The notes beneath the pieces are model-generated. The model searched no databases. It saw nothing but the letters and a program-made list of their open reading frames with translations, and was not told the origin of the DNA. Shown piece after piece: positions 54,062-64,000 of a DNA stretch of 64,000 nucleotides. The position numbers and the translations under genes are program-made. Origin of the DNA: Alphaproteobacteria bacterium (GTDB lineage: Bacteria; Pseudomonadota; Alphaproteobacteria; UBA828); NCBI GenBank assembly GCA_963422645.2, contig CAXXVO010000009.1, positions 352,001 to 416,000 of the forward strand, in the 5' to 3' direction. The first letter of the stretch is position 1; the number at the start of each line of letters is the position of its first letter.

Positions 54062-55645
54062 ATGACCATCGAGCAAAAGCTTCGGGAACTGGCGACCAAG
54101 AGCGGCATGACCCGTCGCGGCTTCATGCAGCGTGCACTCGCGCTCGGCGCGACAACGGCGCTCGCCACGACCTTGGCCAACCAGACCTTCGCCGCGGAAC
54201 CAAAGAATGGAGGCCGCTTCAGGTGCGGCCTTGGGCACGGGGCGACCTCGGATTCGCTGGATCCGGCGACGTTCCTCGACCTCTACATGCAGACCGTGAA
54301 CGCCAGCGCGCGGAACAACCTGACCGAGGTGGCCCAGGACGGCAGCCTGATCCCAGAGTTGGCCGAGAGCTACGACACCGCTGACGCCACGACGTGGCAG
54401 TTCAACCTGCGCCAGGGCGTCGAGTTCCACAACGGCAAGACGATGGACGCGAACGACGTCATGGCGTCCATCAGCCACCATCGCGGCGATACGTCTAAGT
54501 CGCCCGCCAAGGAGCTGCTCAAGTCCATCGTCGAGATGAAGGCGGAGGGCGCGAACGCGGTGGTCTTCACGCTGAGCGAGGGCAACGCGGACTTCCCGTT
54601 CATCCTGAGCGACTATCACATTCCGATCATGCCGGTGTCCGAGCACGGGGTGGATTGGCAGTCCGGCACCGGCACGGGCGCCTACGTGCTGGAGAGCTTC
54701 GAGCCCGGCGTGCGCTCCACGCTGAAGCGCAACCCCAACTTCTTCAAGGAAGGGTTCGGACACTTCGACGAGGTGGAGATCATCACCGTCGCCGACGTGG
54801 CGGCGCGCACCAACGCGCTGACCACCGGCGAGATCGACGCCATGGACCGGGTCGATCTCAAGACCGCGCACCTGCTGGAGCGCCAGGAGGGCGTGAGGCT
54901 GGTCGAGACCAGCGGCACGCAGCACTTCACCTTCACGATGCGCTGCGACACGCCGCCCTTCGACAACGTCGACGTCCGGCTCGCGCTGAAACACGCGATC
55001 GATCGCGAAGCCATCGTCAGGACGATCCTGCGCGGTCACGGCACTCTCGGCAACGACCATCCGATCAGCTCGTCCAACCGCTATCACGCCGGCAACCTCG
55101 CGCAGCGGGCGTACGATCCCGACAAGGCGAAGCACCACCTCAAGCAGGCGGGCATGGAGGGCCTTTCGATCGACCTCAGCGCTGCGGACGCGGCGTTTGC
55201 GGGCGCGGTCGACGCGGCAGTGCTCTACAAGGAGCATGCGGCCGCGGCCGGCATCAACATCAACGTGGTGCGCGAACCGGACGACGGCTACTGGTCCAAC
55301 GTCTGGATGGTGAAGCCCTACTGCGCAGTCTACTGGGGCGGACGCCCGACCGAGGACTGGATGTTCTCGGTCGCCTACGCGTCGGACGCGGCGTGGAACG
55401 ACAGCTTCTGGAATCACGACATGTTCAACCAGTTGCTGGTCGCAGCCAGGTCCGAGTTGGACGAGGCGACGCGGCGCAGCATGTACGAGGAGATGCAGTC
55501 GATCGTCAGTGACGACGGCGGCGTCCTCATCCCCATGTTCGCCAACTACGTCATGGGCCTCTCCGACAAGGTCGGGCACGGCCAGATAGCGGCGAACTGG
55601 TCGATGGACGGCTTCAAGTGCGCCGAGCGCTGGTGGTTCGTCTAG
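54062..55645 (+). CDS. Family 5 ABC substrate-binding protein with Tat signal
   Basis: TRRGFM twin-arginine motif; LRQGVEFHNGK, GTGAY, YWGGRPTED. Confidence 0.92.
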   Translation: MTIEQKLRELATKSGMTRRGFMQRALALGATTALATTLANQTFAAEPKNGGRFRCGLGHGATSDSLDPATFLDLYMQTVNASARNNLTEVAQDGSLIPELAESYDTADATTWQFNLRQGVEFHNGKTMDANDVMASISHHRGDTSKSPAKELLKSIVEMKAEGANAVVFTLSEGNADFPFILSDYHIPIMPVSEHGVDWQSGTGTGAYVLESFEPGVRSTLKRNPNFFKEGFGHFDEVEIITVADVAARTNALTTGEIDAMDRVDLKTAHLLERQEGVRLVETSGTQHFTFTMRCDTPPFDNVDVRLALKHAIDREAIVRTILRGHGTLGNDHPISSSNRYHAGNLAQRAYDPDKAKHHLKQAGMEGLSIDLSAADAAFAGAVDAAVLYKEHAAAAGININVVREPDDGYWSNVWMVKPYCAVYWGGRPTEDWMFSVAYASDAAWNDSFWNHDMFNQLLVAARSELDEATRRSMYEEMQSIVSDDGGVLIPMFANYVMGLSDKVGHGQIAANWSMDGFKCAERWWFV

Positions 55646-55669
55646 GTTAGCGAGCCGCCCTATGGCGGC

Positions 55670-56626
55670 ATGATCCAAATCGTCATCATGGTGGCCCAGC
55701 GCTTTGCGCTGGGCCTCCTCACCCTTTTCGCCGTCTCGCTGATCATATTCCTCGGCGTCGAGCTGTTGCCGGGAGACATCGCCCAGGCTCTCCTGGGCCA
55801 GGGAGCGACCGAGGAGACGGTCGCCGCGTTTCGCAGAGAGCTCGGGCTAAACCTGCCGCCGCACGAGCGCTATATCGACTGGCTCGGCGGCATCCTGCAG
55901 GGCGATCTCGGTAAATCCCTCGCCAACAAGCGCGAGATTGCCGAGCTCATCGGCGTGCGGCTCGAGAACACGTTGTTTCTCGCCTTCATCAGCGCGGTCA
56001 TCTCGATACCGCTCGCGCTCGCCTTGGGGATTCTGGCTGCGCTCTACCGCAACACGTTCTACGACCGCGCGGTCAACGTCTTCACGCTGTCATCGATCTC
56101 CTTTCCCGAGTTCTTCGTTGCCTACATCCTGATCCTGGTCATGGCGGTTCATCTCGGGTGGTTCCCGAGCATCTCCAACATCGGCCAGGAACTGGGGATT
56201 TGGGAGCGGGTCTACCGCACCGTGCTCCCGGCGCTGACGCTGACGCTGGTGGTGGTCGCGCACATGATGCGGATGACGCGCGCCGCGATCATCAACCTGC
56301 TGGCCAGTCCCTACATCGAGATGGCGACCCTCAAGGGCCTCTCGCGCGGGCGCATCATCGTCAAACACGCGCTCCCCAATGCGCTTGCACCGATCATCAA
56401 CGTCGTCGTGATCAATCTCGCCTACCTGGTGGTGGGCGTCGTCATCGTCGAGGTTGTCTTCGTTTATCCGGGGCTGGGGCAGCTCCTCATCGACGCCGTG
56501 CGCGCGCGCGACCTGCCGGTCGTGCAGGCCACAGGACTGCTCTTCGCTGCCGCCTACATCCTGCTCAACCTGACCGCGGACGTGCTGTCGATCACGACGA
56601 ACCCGCGGCTCCTGCATTCGCGCTAG
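55670..56626 (+). CDS. Peptide/nickel ABC permease (DppB-like)
   Basis: LPGD, GDLGKS, YIEMATLKGL, RDLPVVQ, NPRL. Confidence 0.92.
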   Translation: MIQIVIMVAQRFALGLLTLFAVSLIIFLGVELLPGDIAQALLGQGATEETVAAFRRELGLNLPPHERYIDWLGGILQGDLGKSLANKREIAELIGVRLENTLFLAFISAVISIPLALALGILAALYRNTFYDRAVNVFTLSSISFPEFFVAYILILVMAVHLGWFPSISNIGQELGIWERVYRTVLPALTLTLVVVAHMMRMTRAAIINLLASPYIEMATLKGLSRGRIIVKHALPNALAPIINVVVINLAYLVVGVVIVEVVFVYPGLGQLLIDAVRARDLPVVQATGLLFAAAYILLNLTADVLSITTNPRLLHSR

Positions 56627-58600
56627 GCCGAACTTCCCCCCGGAAATGGGCTGATTTTCGGGGCTAAGCCGTTGATCTTACGGGCGTATCGGCCTTCGGC
56701 GCAGATGCAAAGTGTACCCATGTAAATGGAGAGAGGTGGTTGATATGAGGCGGGAGGTGGGCTATGTTCCGTCCCCATGTATATCGAGAGCGTCCCAAAC
56801 CGGAACTCCCCGCCCGCAATCCTCCTGCGCGAATCATGGCGCGCGGGCGGAAAAATCAGAAAACGCACCCTGGCCAATCTGTCCAAGTGGCCGCCGCACC
56901 TGATCGACGGTCTGCGCATCCTGCTGCGCGGCGGAACCGCAGTGCCCCGAGGCGAGACGATCCGCGAGCACGACGGCTTCGACATCACCCGCTCGCGTCC
57001 CTTCGGCCATGTGGCAGCGGTGCTCGGCGCCCTGCGCGGCCTCGGTCTGGAACGGCTGATCGGCGCCAGGCGCTCGCGGCTGCGCGATCTCGTGGTGGCC
57101 ATGATCGTCGCCCGCATCGTGGCGCCGCGCTCGAAGCTCGCCACCGCGCGCGGGCTCAGCGAGGACACGCTTGGCCACGGCCTCGGCGAGGCGCTCGCCC
57201 TGGGCGAGGTCGGCGAAGACGAGCTCTACGAGGCGATGGACTGGCTACTGCAGCGCCAGCCCAGGATCGAGCGGGGTCTGGCCGAGCGTCATCTCGAGGA
57301 CGGCGCGCTGGTGCTCTACGACGTCACTTCGACCTGGCTGGAGGGGCGCTGCTGTCCGCTGGCGCGTCACGGCTACTCCCGCGACGGCAAGCGCGGCAAG
57401 CTGCAGATCGTGTTCGGGCTTCTGTGCAACGCGCAGGGCTGCCCGGTGGCGGTGGAGGTGTTCGAGGGCAACACCGCCGATCCGGCCACACTGGGCACGC
57501 AGATCGACAAGCTGCGCCGGCGCTTCCGGCTTTCGCGGGTCGTTCTCGTGGGCGATCGCGGCATGCTCACCGAGGCGCGCATCCGCGAGGAGGTGAAGCC
57601 GGCCGGGCTGGAGTGGATCAGCGCGCTGCGGGCGCCGGCGATCCGCGAGCTGGCCTCCGGCGGGACGCTGCAGCTCTCGCTCTTCGACGAGCGCGCCCTG
57701 GCCGAGATCCATCATCCCGACTTCCCCGGCGAGCGCCTGATCGCCTGCCGCAACCCGCTGCTCGCCGAAGAGCGCGCGCGCAAGCGCGAGGCCCTGCTCC
57801 AGGCCACCGAGAGCGATCTCGACGCGATCCGTGCGGCAACCCGGCGCGACAAGCGCCGTCTCGCCGGCAAGGACAAGATCGGGCTGCGCGTGGGCAAGGT
57901 CATCGGCAAGCACAAGGTCGGAAAGCACTTCGACCTGGAGATCGCCGATGACGGCTTCGCCTGGCGGCGCAACGCAGAGCGGATCGCCGAAGAGGCGGCG
58001 CTCGATGGCCTCTACGTCATCCGCACCAGCCTGTCCGAGCGCGAGCTCGGGGCCGAGGACACGGTGCGCGCCTACAAGGGATTGAGCCGCATCGAGCGCG
58101 CCTTCCGAAGCGTCAAGACGGTCGACCTCAAGGTGCGGCCCATCCACCACTATCGGCCTGAGCGCGTGCGCGCCCACGTCCTGCTGTGCATGCTCGCCTA
58201 CCATGTCGAGTGGCACATGCGCCAAAGGCTCGCCCCCATCCTGTTCGACGAGGACGACCCGGCGGGCGCGGACGCCGCGCGCGCCTCCATCGTCGCACCG
58301 GCAAAGCCCTCGCCTTCGGCCCGGCGCAAGGCCGCCGCCAAGCGCACACCAGACGGCGTGCCGGTGCATAGCTTCCGCACCCTCCTCGAAGACCTGGCGA
58401 CCATCGCCAGGAACAGAGTTCAGCCGAAACTGCCCGGAGCACCGCCCTTCGACCTGGTCACCAAACCGACGAAGCTGCAGCGCCAGGCGCTCGACCTGCT
58501 CGGCGTCAGCCTGTAGCGTACCCAGTACGCGACTCCGCGAAACGGTGCTTTCCAAAGCAACCGCAATGGCTTAGCTCAATATCCGCTCCGGAAGTTCAGT
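56627..58600 (+). mobile_element. IS1634 family element flanked by CTAG on both sides
   Basis: CTAG-GCCGAACTTCC ... GGAAGTTCAGT-CTAG; imperfect terminal inverted repeats. Confidence 0.88.
56777..58516 (+). CDS. IS1634 family DDE transposase
   Basis: LYDVTS, GYSRDGK, VGDRGM, IERAFRSVK, RVRAHVLLCMLAY. Confidence 0.93.
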   Translation: MYIESVPNRNSPPAILLRESWRAGGKIRKRTLANLSKWPPHLIDGLRILLRGGTAVPRGETIREHDGFDITRSRPFGHVAAVLGALRGLGLERLIGARRSRLRDLVVAMIVARIVAPRSKLATARGLSEDTLGHGLGEALALGEVGEDELYEAMDWLLQRQPRIERGLAERHLEDGALVLYDVTSTWLEGRCCPLARHGYSRDGKRGKLQIVFGLLCNAQGCPVAVEVFEGNTADPATLGTQIDKLRRRFRLSRVVLVGDRGMLTEARIREEVKPAGLEWISALRAPAIRELASGGTLQLSLFDERALAEIHHPDFPGERLIACRNPLLAEERARKREALLQATESDLDAIRAATRRDKRRLAGKDKIGLRVGKVIGKHKVGKHFDLEIADDGFAWRRNAERIAEEAALDGLYVIRTSLSERELGAEDTVRAYKGLSRIERAFRSVKTVDLKVRPIHHYRPERVRAHVLLCMLAYHVEWHMRQRLAPILFDEDDPAGADAARASIVAPAKPSPSARRKAAAKRTPDGVPVHSFRTLLEDLATIARNRVQPKLPGAPPFDLVTKPTKLQRQALDLLGVSL

Positions 58601-58625
58601 CTAGGAAGAGCGGCGAGGCGCCAAG

Positions 58626-59456
58626 ATGCGGGAGACCCTCAAGCATCTCCGAAAGTCGCCGTGGAGCGCCCGGTTCGGGCTGCTCGTCGTCAGCTTCTAC
58701 GTGTTCGTCGCGATCTTCGGGCCCCTGCTGTCCCCCTACGGCGAATCAGAGATCGTCGGTTTCGAGTACGAGCCCTGGGGCGCCGAGTTCCTGCTAGGCA
58801 CCGACAATCTGGGGCGCGACATGCTGACCCGCCTCATCTATGGCGCCCGCAACACCATCGGCATCGCGTTCCTGACGACCCTGCTGGCCTTCCTCATCGG
58901 CTGCGTGGCGGGCTTCCTGGCCGCCGTGGTGGGCGGTTGGACCGAGCAGGCGATCAGCCGCGTGAACGACATCCTGATGGCGATCCCGCAGCTCATCTTC
59001 GCGCTGTTGATCCTCACCATCGCCGGCACGTCGATCCCGGTCTTGGTCGTCGTCATCGCCGTGCTCGATTCCACGCGCGTCTATCGGCTGGCGCGGGCGG
59101 TCGCGATGAACATCGTGGTCATGGACTACGTCGAGGTCGCGCGCCTCCGGGGCGAGGGGCTGTGGTGGATCATGCGGAGCGAGGTGCTGCCCAATGCGCT
59201 GCCGCCACTGGTGGCCGAGTTCGGGCTGCGCTTCTGCTTCGTCTTCCTGCTGCTGAGCGCGCTCAGCTTCCTCGGCCTCGGCATTCAGCCGCCCACGGCC
59301 GACTGGGGCAGCATGGTGCGCGACAACGCCACGCTGATCACCTTTGGCGACTTCACGCCGATCCTGCCGGCGGCCTCCATCGCGCTGCTCACCATCGGCG
59401 TGAACTTCATCGTCGACTGGCTCCTGCACAAGTCGTCGGGGCTGAAGGATGCCTAG
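58626..59456 (+). CDS. Peptide/nickel ABC permease (DppC-like)
   Basis: LGTDNLGRD, YVEVARLRGE, LSFLGLGIQPP. Confidence 0.92.
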   Translation: MRETLKHLRKSPWSARFGLLVVSFYVFVAIFGPLLSPYGESEIVGFEYEPWGAEFLLGTDNLGRDMLTRLIYGARNTIGIAFLTTLLAFLIGCVAGFLAAVVGGWTEQAISRVNDILMAIPQLIFALLILTIAGTSIPVLVVVIAVLDSTRVYRLARAVAMNIVVMDYVEVARLRGEGLWWIMRSEVLPNALPPLVAEFGLRFCFVFLLLSALSFLGLGIQPPTADWGSMVRDNATLITFGDFTPILPAASIALLTIGVNFIVDWLLHKSSGLKDA

Positions 59457-61140
59457 CGTGGGGAGCGAGAGCGGCGCGCGCGAGCCCCTGCTTACGATGA
59501 CGGGACTCCGCATCGAAGGGCAGGCCGACGAGGAGTGGCACGAGATCGTGCACGGCGTCGACGTGGTGCTTCACCGCGGCGAAGTGCTGGGGCTGATCGG
59601 CGAGTCAGGGGCCGGCAAGTCCACCATCGGGCTCGCGGCCATGGGCTTCGCCCGGCCAGGCTGCCGGCTCACTGGCGGCGATATCGTGTTCGACGGTGTG
59701 GAGCTGCGCAGCGCCCCGCGAGATCACAATCGGGCCCTTCGGGGCGCCCGCATCGCTTACGTCGCCCAGAGCGCGGCAGCTGCGTTCAACCCGGCGCACC
59801 GGCTCATCGACCAGTTCACCGAGGCCCCGGTGCGCCACAAGATCAAGTCGCGGGCCGCAGCGGAGGCGGACGCCAAGGACCTTTTCGGCACGCTTCGGCT
59901 CCCGGAGCCCGAGAAGATCGGCTACCGCTATCCGCACCAGGTTTCCGGCGGCCAGCTTCAGCGCGCCATGGTCGCAATGGCCATGGCGTGCCGCCCCGAC
60001 CTCATCGTCTTCGACGAGCCGACGACGGCGCTCGACGTGACCACGCAGATCGAGGTGCTGGCAGCGGTCAAGGACGTCATCAGGCAGCTCGATACGGCGG
60101 CCATCTATATCAGCCACGATCTCGCCGTCGTCGCCCAGATGGCGGACCGCATCATGGTGCTGCGCCACGGCAACCTCGTGGAAGAGGGAACGGCCGACAG
60201 CATCGTCAATCGCCCGGAGCAGGAGTACACGCAGCGGCTGCTCGCGGTTCGCACCTACCGAAAACCCGTCGCGGAGCCGACGCGGGAGGAGCCACTCCTG
60301 CGCATCGAAGGCATCGCCGCGCGCTACCGCCGGTCCGCGCGCGTGCTGGAAGGCGTCGATCTCGACATCGGCCGGCAGCGTACGGTCGCGATCGTGGGCG
60401 AGTCAGGCAGCGGGAAGAGCACGCTCGCGCGCGTCGTCACCGGGCTGCTGCCGCCGGAGGAAGGCCGGCTCGTGTTCGACGGCGACGTGCTGGCACCGGC
60501 GCTCGCCCGACGGCCGCGCGAGCAGCTCCGCCGCCTGCAGATGATCCATCAGATGCCGGACACGGCCTTGAATCCGCGCCAGCGCACGCGCGATGTCGTC
60601 GGCCGCCCGCTCACGTTCTATGCCGGGTTGCACGGCCGGGGACGCGAAGACCGGGTGCGCGAGCTCCTGACCATGGTCGAGCTCGAGCCCGAGGAGTTCA
60701 TCGACCGCTACCCGGCCGAGCTCTCCGGCGGCCAGAAGCAGCGGGTGTGCATCGCCCGCGCGCTCGCCGCACAGCCGGACCTGATCATCTGCGACGAGGT
60801 GACATCGGCGCTCGACCAGCTGGTGGCCGAGCGAGTCCTGCAGCTCTTGCAGCGCCTTCAGGACGAACTCGGCGTCTCCTACATGTTCATCACGCACGAT
60901 TTCGCGACCGTGCGGGCGATCTCCGACGAGATCGTGGTCATGTTCCAGGGACGCATCGTTGAGCAGGGCCCGAGAAACGACGTGCTGACGCCGCCTCACC
61001 ACGAATACACGGACCTGCTGCTCTCCTCGGTGCCGGAAATGAAGATCGGCTGGCTGGATCGGACACTCGCAGAACGCAGGGAGGGTCAAGCGGATGGCAA
61101 AGAGGGCTTGAAGGGAGGCACGCCGCCCGCTCATAGTTGA
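59449..61140 (+). CDS. Fused double-domain peptide ABC ATP-binding protein
   Basis: Two Walker A motifs ([18 protein letters not shown]) and two signature motifs. Confidence 0.93.
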   Translation: MPSVGSESGAREPLLTMTGLRIEGQADEEWHEIVHGVDVVLHRGEVLGLIGESGAGKSTIGLAAMGFARPGCRLTGGDIVFDGVELRSAPRDHNRALRGARIAYVAQSAAAAFNPAHRLIDQFTEAPVRHKIKSRAAAEADAKDLFGTLRLPEPEKIGYRYPHQVSGGQLQRAMVAMAMACRPDLIVFDEPTTALDVTTQIEVLAAVKDVIRQLDTAAIYISHDLAVVAQMADRIMVLRHGNLVEEGTADSIVNRPEQEYTQRLLAVRTYRKPVAEPTREEPLLRIEGIAARYRRSARVLEGVDLDIGRQRTVAIVGESGSGKSTLARVVTGLLPPEEGRLVFDGDVLAPALARRPREQLRRLQMIHQMPDTALNPRQRTRDVVGRPLTFYAGLHGRGREDRVRELLTMVELEPEEFIDRYPAELSGGQKQRVCIARALAAQPDLIICDEVTSALDQLVAERVLQLLQRLQDELGVSYMFITHDFATVRAISDEIVVMFQGRIVEQGPRNDVLTPPHHEYTDLLLSSVPEMKIGWLDRTLAERREGQADGKEGLKGGTPPAHS

Positions 61141-61189
61141 TATGACTTGGTCGGTCAGACCGAGGGTGTTGGCGGAAGGAGGACATGCC

Positions 61190-61768
61190 GTGGGTCGAGC
61201 TGCGAGATTGGCTGACGAATTGGCGGCTCTGAGCGACCCGCGCATGCAGGCGTCGACGGTGTGGACTCTGCCTGCGCGATGGTACGCCGATCCCGAGATC
61301 TACGAGGCGGAACGGCGGCGCATCTTCTCGCGCGAGTGGCTCTGGATCGGGCGCGAGACGGAGGTCGCCGAGCCGGGCCAGTACGTGACGGCCGCTCCTG
61401 CGGGGTTCCCGCTCTTCGTGCGCCGCGCCGAGGATGGCACGCTCCGCGCGTTCCACAACGTGTGCCGGCACCGGGCCTCCAAGCTGCTCACGGAGCCGAG
61501 CCGGCATTGCAACACCATCGAGTGCCCCTATCACGGCTGGCGCTACCGCTCGGACGGCGCGCTCGACCATGTGCCGCTCTTCGGCGAGGCGCCGGCGGAC
61601 TACGGCACCCAGCTCGCCAGGGAGGACATCGGGATCGTGGAGGTGGTCCAGCAGAATCTGAACGCCGGCGTGTACGAGCGCGGGCCGCTCAGCCCGCGTC
61701 ACGAGAACGGCCTCCTTCACTTCCACGAGATGGTGCGCGAAGCGATCGGCCCGGCGGTGGAAGCTTAG
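61190..61768 (+). pseudogene. Rieske oxygenase alpha subunit (choline monooxygenase-like) with in-frame internal deletion
   Basis: CRH...CPYHGW Rieske domain joined directly to C-terminal EDIGIVEVVQ...ENGLLHFH; AGGAGG upstream of GTG 61190. Confidence 0.75.
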
Positions 61769-61771
61769 AAC

Positions 61772-62878
61772 TTAGAGTTCGCTGACCGCGTGGGCAGCGT
61801 TCTCCAGCCATTCTGAGCGGACCCTAATCCCCCAGCCGGGGCCGCCCGGAATCTCGACCTTACCGTCCCGCGCAACCGGAATCTCGTCATAGATGCCGTA
61901 TTGCCAGGGATAGAAGTCGGCCTCCTCGATGGAGAACTCGACGTAGGGCCCCGCGTTCTCCAGCGCGCCCATCAGGTGCAGGGTGAAGATCGTGACCAGA
62001 GACATGTTCGCGGCGTGCGGCGTGACCGGCATGCCGGCCGCCTCGGCCATGCGCGCAACGCGGAGGAAGCGCTCGACGCCACCCACGTAGCAGACATCGG
62101 GCTGGGCCACGTCCATCGTCCGGCTGTCGATCAGGAACTGCCAGAGGGTGAGGTTGTTGTCCTGCTCGCCGCCGGTCACGTCCAGCTCGAGCGCGTTCTT
62201 GACCTCTCGCGTCCAGGCCGGCTTCCAGTAGGGGCAGGGCTCCTCGAAGTGGCACACCCCATTCTCTTCCAGAACCTCGCCGAGCGCGATCGCCTGCTCA
62301 GGCGCGTAGCAGCTGTTCGCGTCGACCAGCAGCGCGACATCGTCGCCGAGCGCGCGACGGACCTCCCGCACGATCGCCTCGGAACGGCCGGGCCAATGGT
62401 CCCGCCCGCGGCCGCATTCCGCGCCCACGCGGAACTTGAAGGCGTCGTAGCCGTGACGCTCGCGCAGCCTGAGGAAGCGCTCGGCCTCCGCCTCCGGCGT
62501 GATGTCCCGCTGCATGCTGGAGGCGTAGACCCGAAGCGCGCGCGGAGAGCCGCCCAGGAGCGCGCAGACGCTCTTGCTCTCGAGCTTGCCGTGGAGATCC
62601 CAGATCGCGGTGTCGAGTCCGCCCAGCGCCCGGCACAGGTGTGAGCCCGGGAACTTGTGCTCCTTCTCGCAGATCAGGTCGAGCAGGTCCCCCAGTTCGT
62701 CGAGCGCCGAGATGTCCTGGCCGAGCGCCCAGGGCGCGATCTGCCGGTGAAGCACGGTTGCGGAAATGTCGGCATGGTAGGTCGAGACCTGTCCCCAGCC
62801 TTCGGCGCCATCGTCGCTGGTGACGCGCGTGAGGCCGACCTCGCGGGTGCAGAACGTCTCGATCTTCTGAATCTTCAT
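61772..62878 (-). CDS. Mandelate racemase/muconate lactonizing enzyme family protein
   Basis: KFR, LVDANS, FEEP, GGEQD, QPD, PH motifs. Confidence 0.9.
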   Translation of the reverse strand: MKIQKIETFCTREVGLTRVTSDDGAEGWGQVSTYHADISATVLHRQIAPWALGQDISALDELGDLLDLICEKEHKFPGSHLCRALGGLDTAIWDLHGKLESKSVCALLGGSPRALRVYASSMQRDITPEAEAERFLRLRERHGYDAFKFRVGAECGRGRDHWPGRSEAIVREVRRALGDDVALLVDANSCYAPEQAIALGEVLEENGVCHFEEPCPYWKPAWTREVKNALELDVTGGEQDNNLTLWQFLIDSRTMDVAQPDVCYVGGVERFLRVARMAEAAGMPVTPHAANMSLVTIFTLHLMGALENAGPYVEFSIEEADFYPWQYGIYDEIPVARDGKVEIPGGPGWGIRVRSEWLENAAHAVSEL

Positions 62879-62896
62879 GGGCCAGCCCACACCTGC

Positions 62897-64000
62897 TTAT
62901 TCCGGAAAGACGATGACATGGCGCAGATCGCGGGAGCGCCGCGCAAGCGCGAGCGCTTCGTTGATCTCGTCCAGAGGCCCGCGCGAGGCAACCAGCTCGT
63001 CGAGCCTGAGCCGGCCGCTTCGATAGAGCCGGAACAGCCTCGGCACGTCGATGCGGAGTCTGGCGTCACCCATCTTGCAGCCGAGAATCCTCTGACCGAA
63101 GTGCGCGAGGTCGGTCGCGTTCAGGCTGACCCGCTGGTCGTGAGGCGGCATGCCCACCACCACCAGCGCCCCCTTTGGCGCAAGCAGCGGCAGCGCCCGC
63201 TCGATGGCCCGGGCATTGCCCACCGCCGTCATCACCACGTCGAAGCCGCGACCGTCGGTCAGCGCGAGCGCCCGGTCGGTGGCGTTCTCGCCCGTGGCGT
63301 CGATCGCGTCCGTCGCCCCGAATGCCCGCGCCTGCTCCAGCTTGTCGTCAGTGACGTCGATGGCCACGAGCGGTAGGGCGCCGGCGAGCGCAGCGCCCTG
63401 AACGCAGTTGAGACCGACCCCGCCGCAGCCGACCACCGCGACCGCATCGCCCACTTGCACCTTCGCGGTGTTGATGGCCGCGCCGAAGCCGGTGATGACA
63501 CCGCAAGAGAGCAGGCAAGCGACATCGTCTGCGACCTGCGCCGGCAGCGTCACGACTTGCGAGATATCGACCACCACGCTCTCGGCGAAGCCGCCGACGC
63601 GGAGCCCGGCTCGAACCGGCCGGCCCTGCTCATCACTCAGACGCGGAGCGGAATCGATGCCGAACGCGGTCACGCACTGGGCCGGGCTGCCGGCCTCGCA
63701 GCATTCGCAGCGCCCGCACGAGCGCAGCAGCGAGACGAGCACGCGGTCGCCCGCACAGATGTCACCCGGCGGCACCGACGGGCCGAGGCCGGTGACGATT
63801 CCCGCCAGCTCGTGCCCGAACACGGCCGGCAGCGCGTCTCCCCCGCCCCAGCCGCCGTCCATGTAGGTGATGTCCGAGTGGCAGATCGAGCTTGCGCGCA
63901 CCTTGACCCGAATCTCGCTGCCCTCGGGCGGCGCGAGCCGCAGCGTCTCGATGGAAAGCGGCTCACCGAATGCGCGGCAGACCGCGGCGCGTATCTCGAT
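62897..64000 (-). CDS. Zn-dependent alcohol dehydrogenase, 5' end outside window
   Basis: ICHSD, GHELAG, CGRCECC...C, GCGGVG; frame open to the window edge. Confidence 0.9.
   Translation of the reverse strand: MEIRAAVCRAFGEPLSIETLRLAPPEGSEIRVKVRASSICHSDITYMDGGWGGGDALPAVFGHELAGIVTGLGPSVPPGDICAGDRVLVSLLRSCGRCECCEAGSPAQCVTAFGIDSAPRLSDEQGRPVRAGLRVGGFAESVVVDISQVVTLPAQVADDVACLLSCGVITGFGAAINTAKVQVGDAVAVVGCGGVGLNCVQGAALAGALPLVAIDVTDDKLEQARAFGATDAIDATGENATDRALALTDGRGFDVVMTAVGNARAIERALPLLAPKGALVVVGMPPHDQRVSLNATDLAHFGQRILGCKMGDARLRIDVPRLFRLYRSGRLRLDELVASRGPLDEINEALALARRSRDLRHVIVFPE

Overview
GC-rich alphaproteobacterial chromosome segment; the class is inferred from the 16S sequence and the 16S-Ile-Ala-23S-5S-fMet rrn layout. 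From left to right it holds: a corrinoid-dependent methyltransfer locus (non-pyrrolysine MttB family, RamA/RACo-type activator, MeTHF:corrinoid methyltransferase, DUF1638, corrinoid protein, GlxA/GbdR regulator); a circularly permuted ATP-grasp/alpha-E/transglutaminase operon followed by a 468-aa unknown gene; mlaC; an opp ABC operon with a frameshifted oppA; and a MetE-like/GATase/hydratase/aldolase cluster. Next is a decayed island of about 7 kb at the 3' end of tRNA-fMet, with a tail-to-tail IS21 pair forming a 2064-bp inverted repeat, a truncated unknown gene, and serine-recombinase and IS66 remnants. It is followed by a complete minus-strand rRNA operon, asd-leuB, an IlvD/Edd dehydratase, xth, a metzincin/TbpB-like lipoprotein, N-heterocycle catabolism genes, and a second peptide-type ABC operon interrupted by an IS1634 at a stop codon. 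The window ends with an internally deleted Rieske oxygenase, an enolase-superfamily gene and a Zn dehydrogenase. The least-explained signals are several dispersed structured repeat families sitting on TAG stop codons, a GGGAT tandem array, the lipoprotein architecture and the island. Product calls come from motif recognition only; no database search was run, and I cannot confirm that any of these systems is new.
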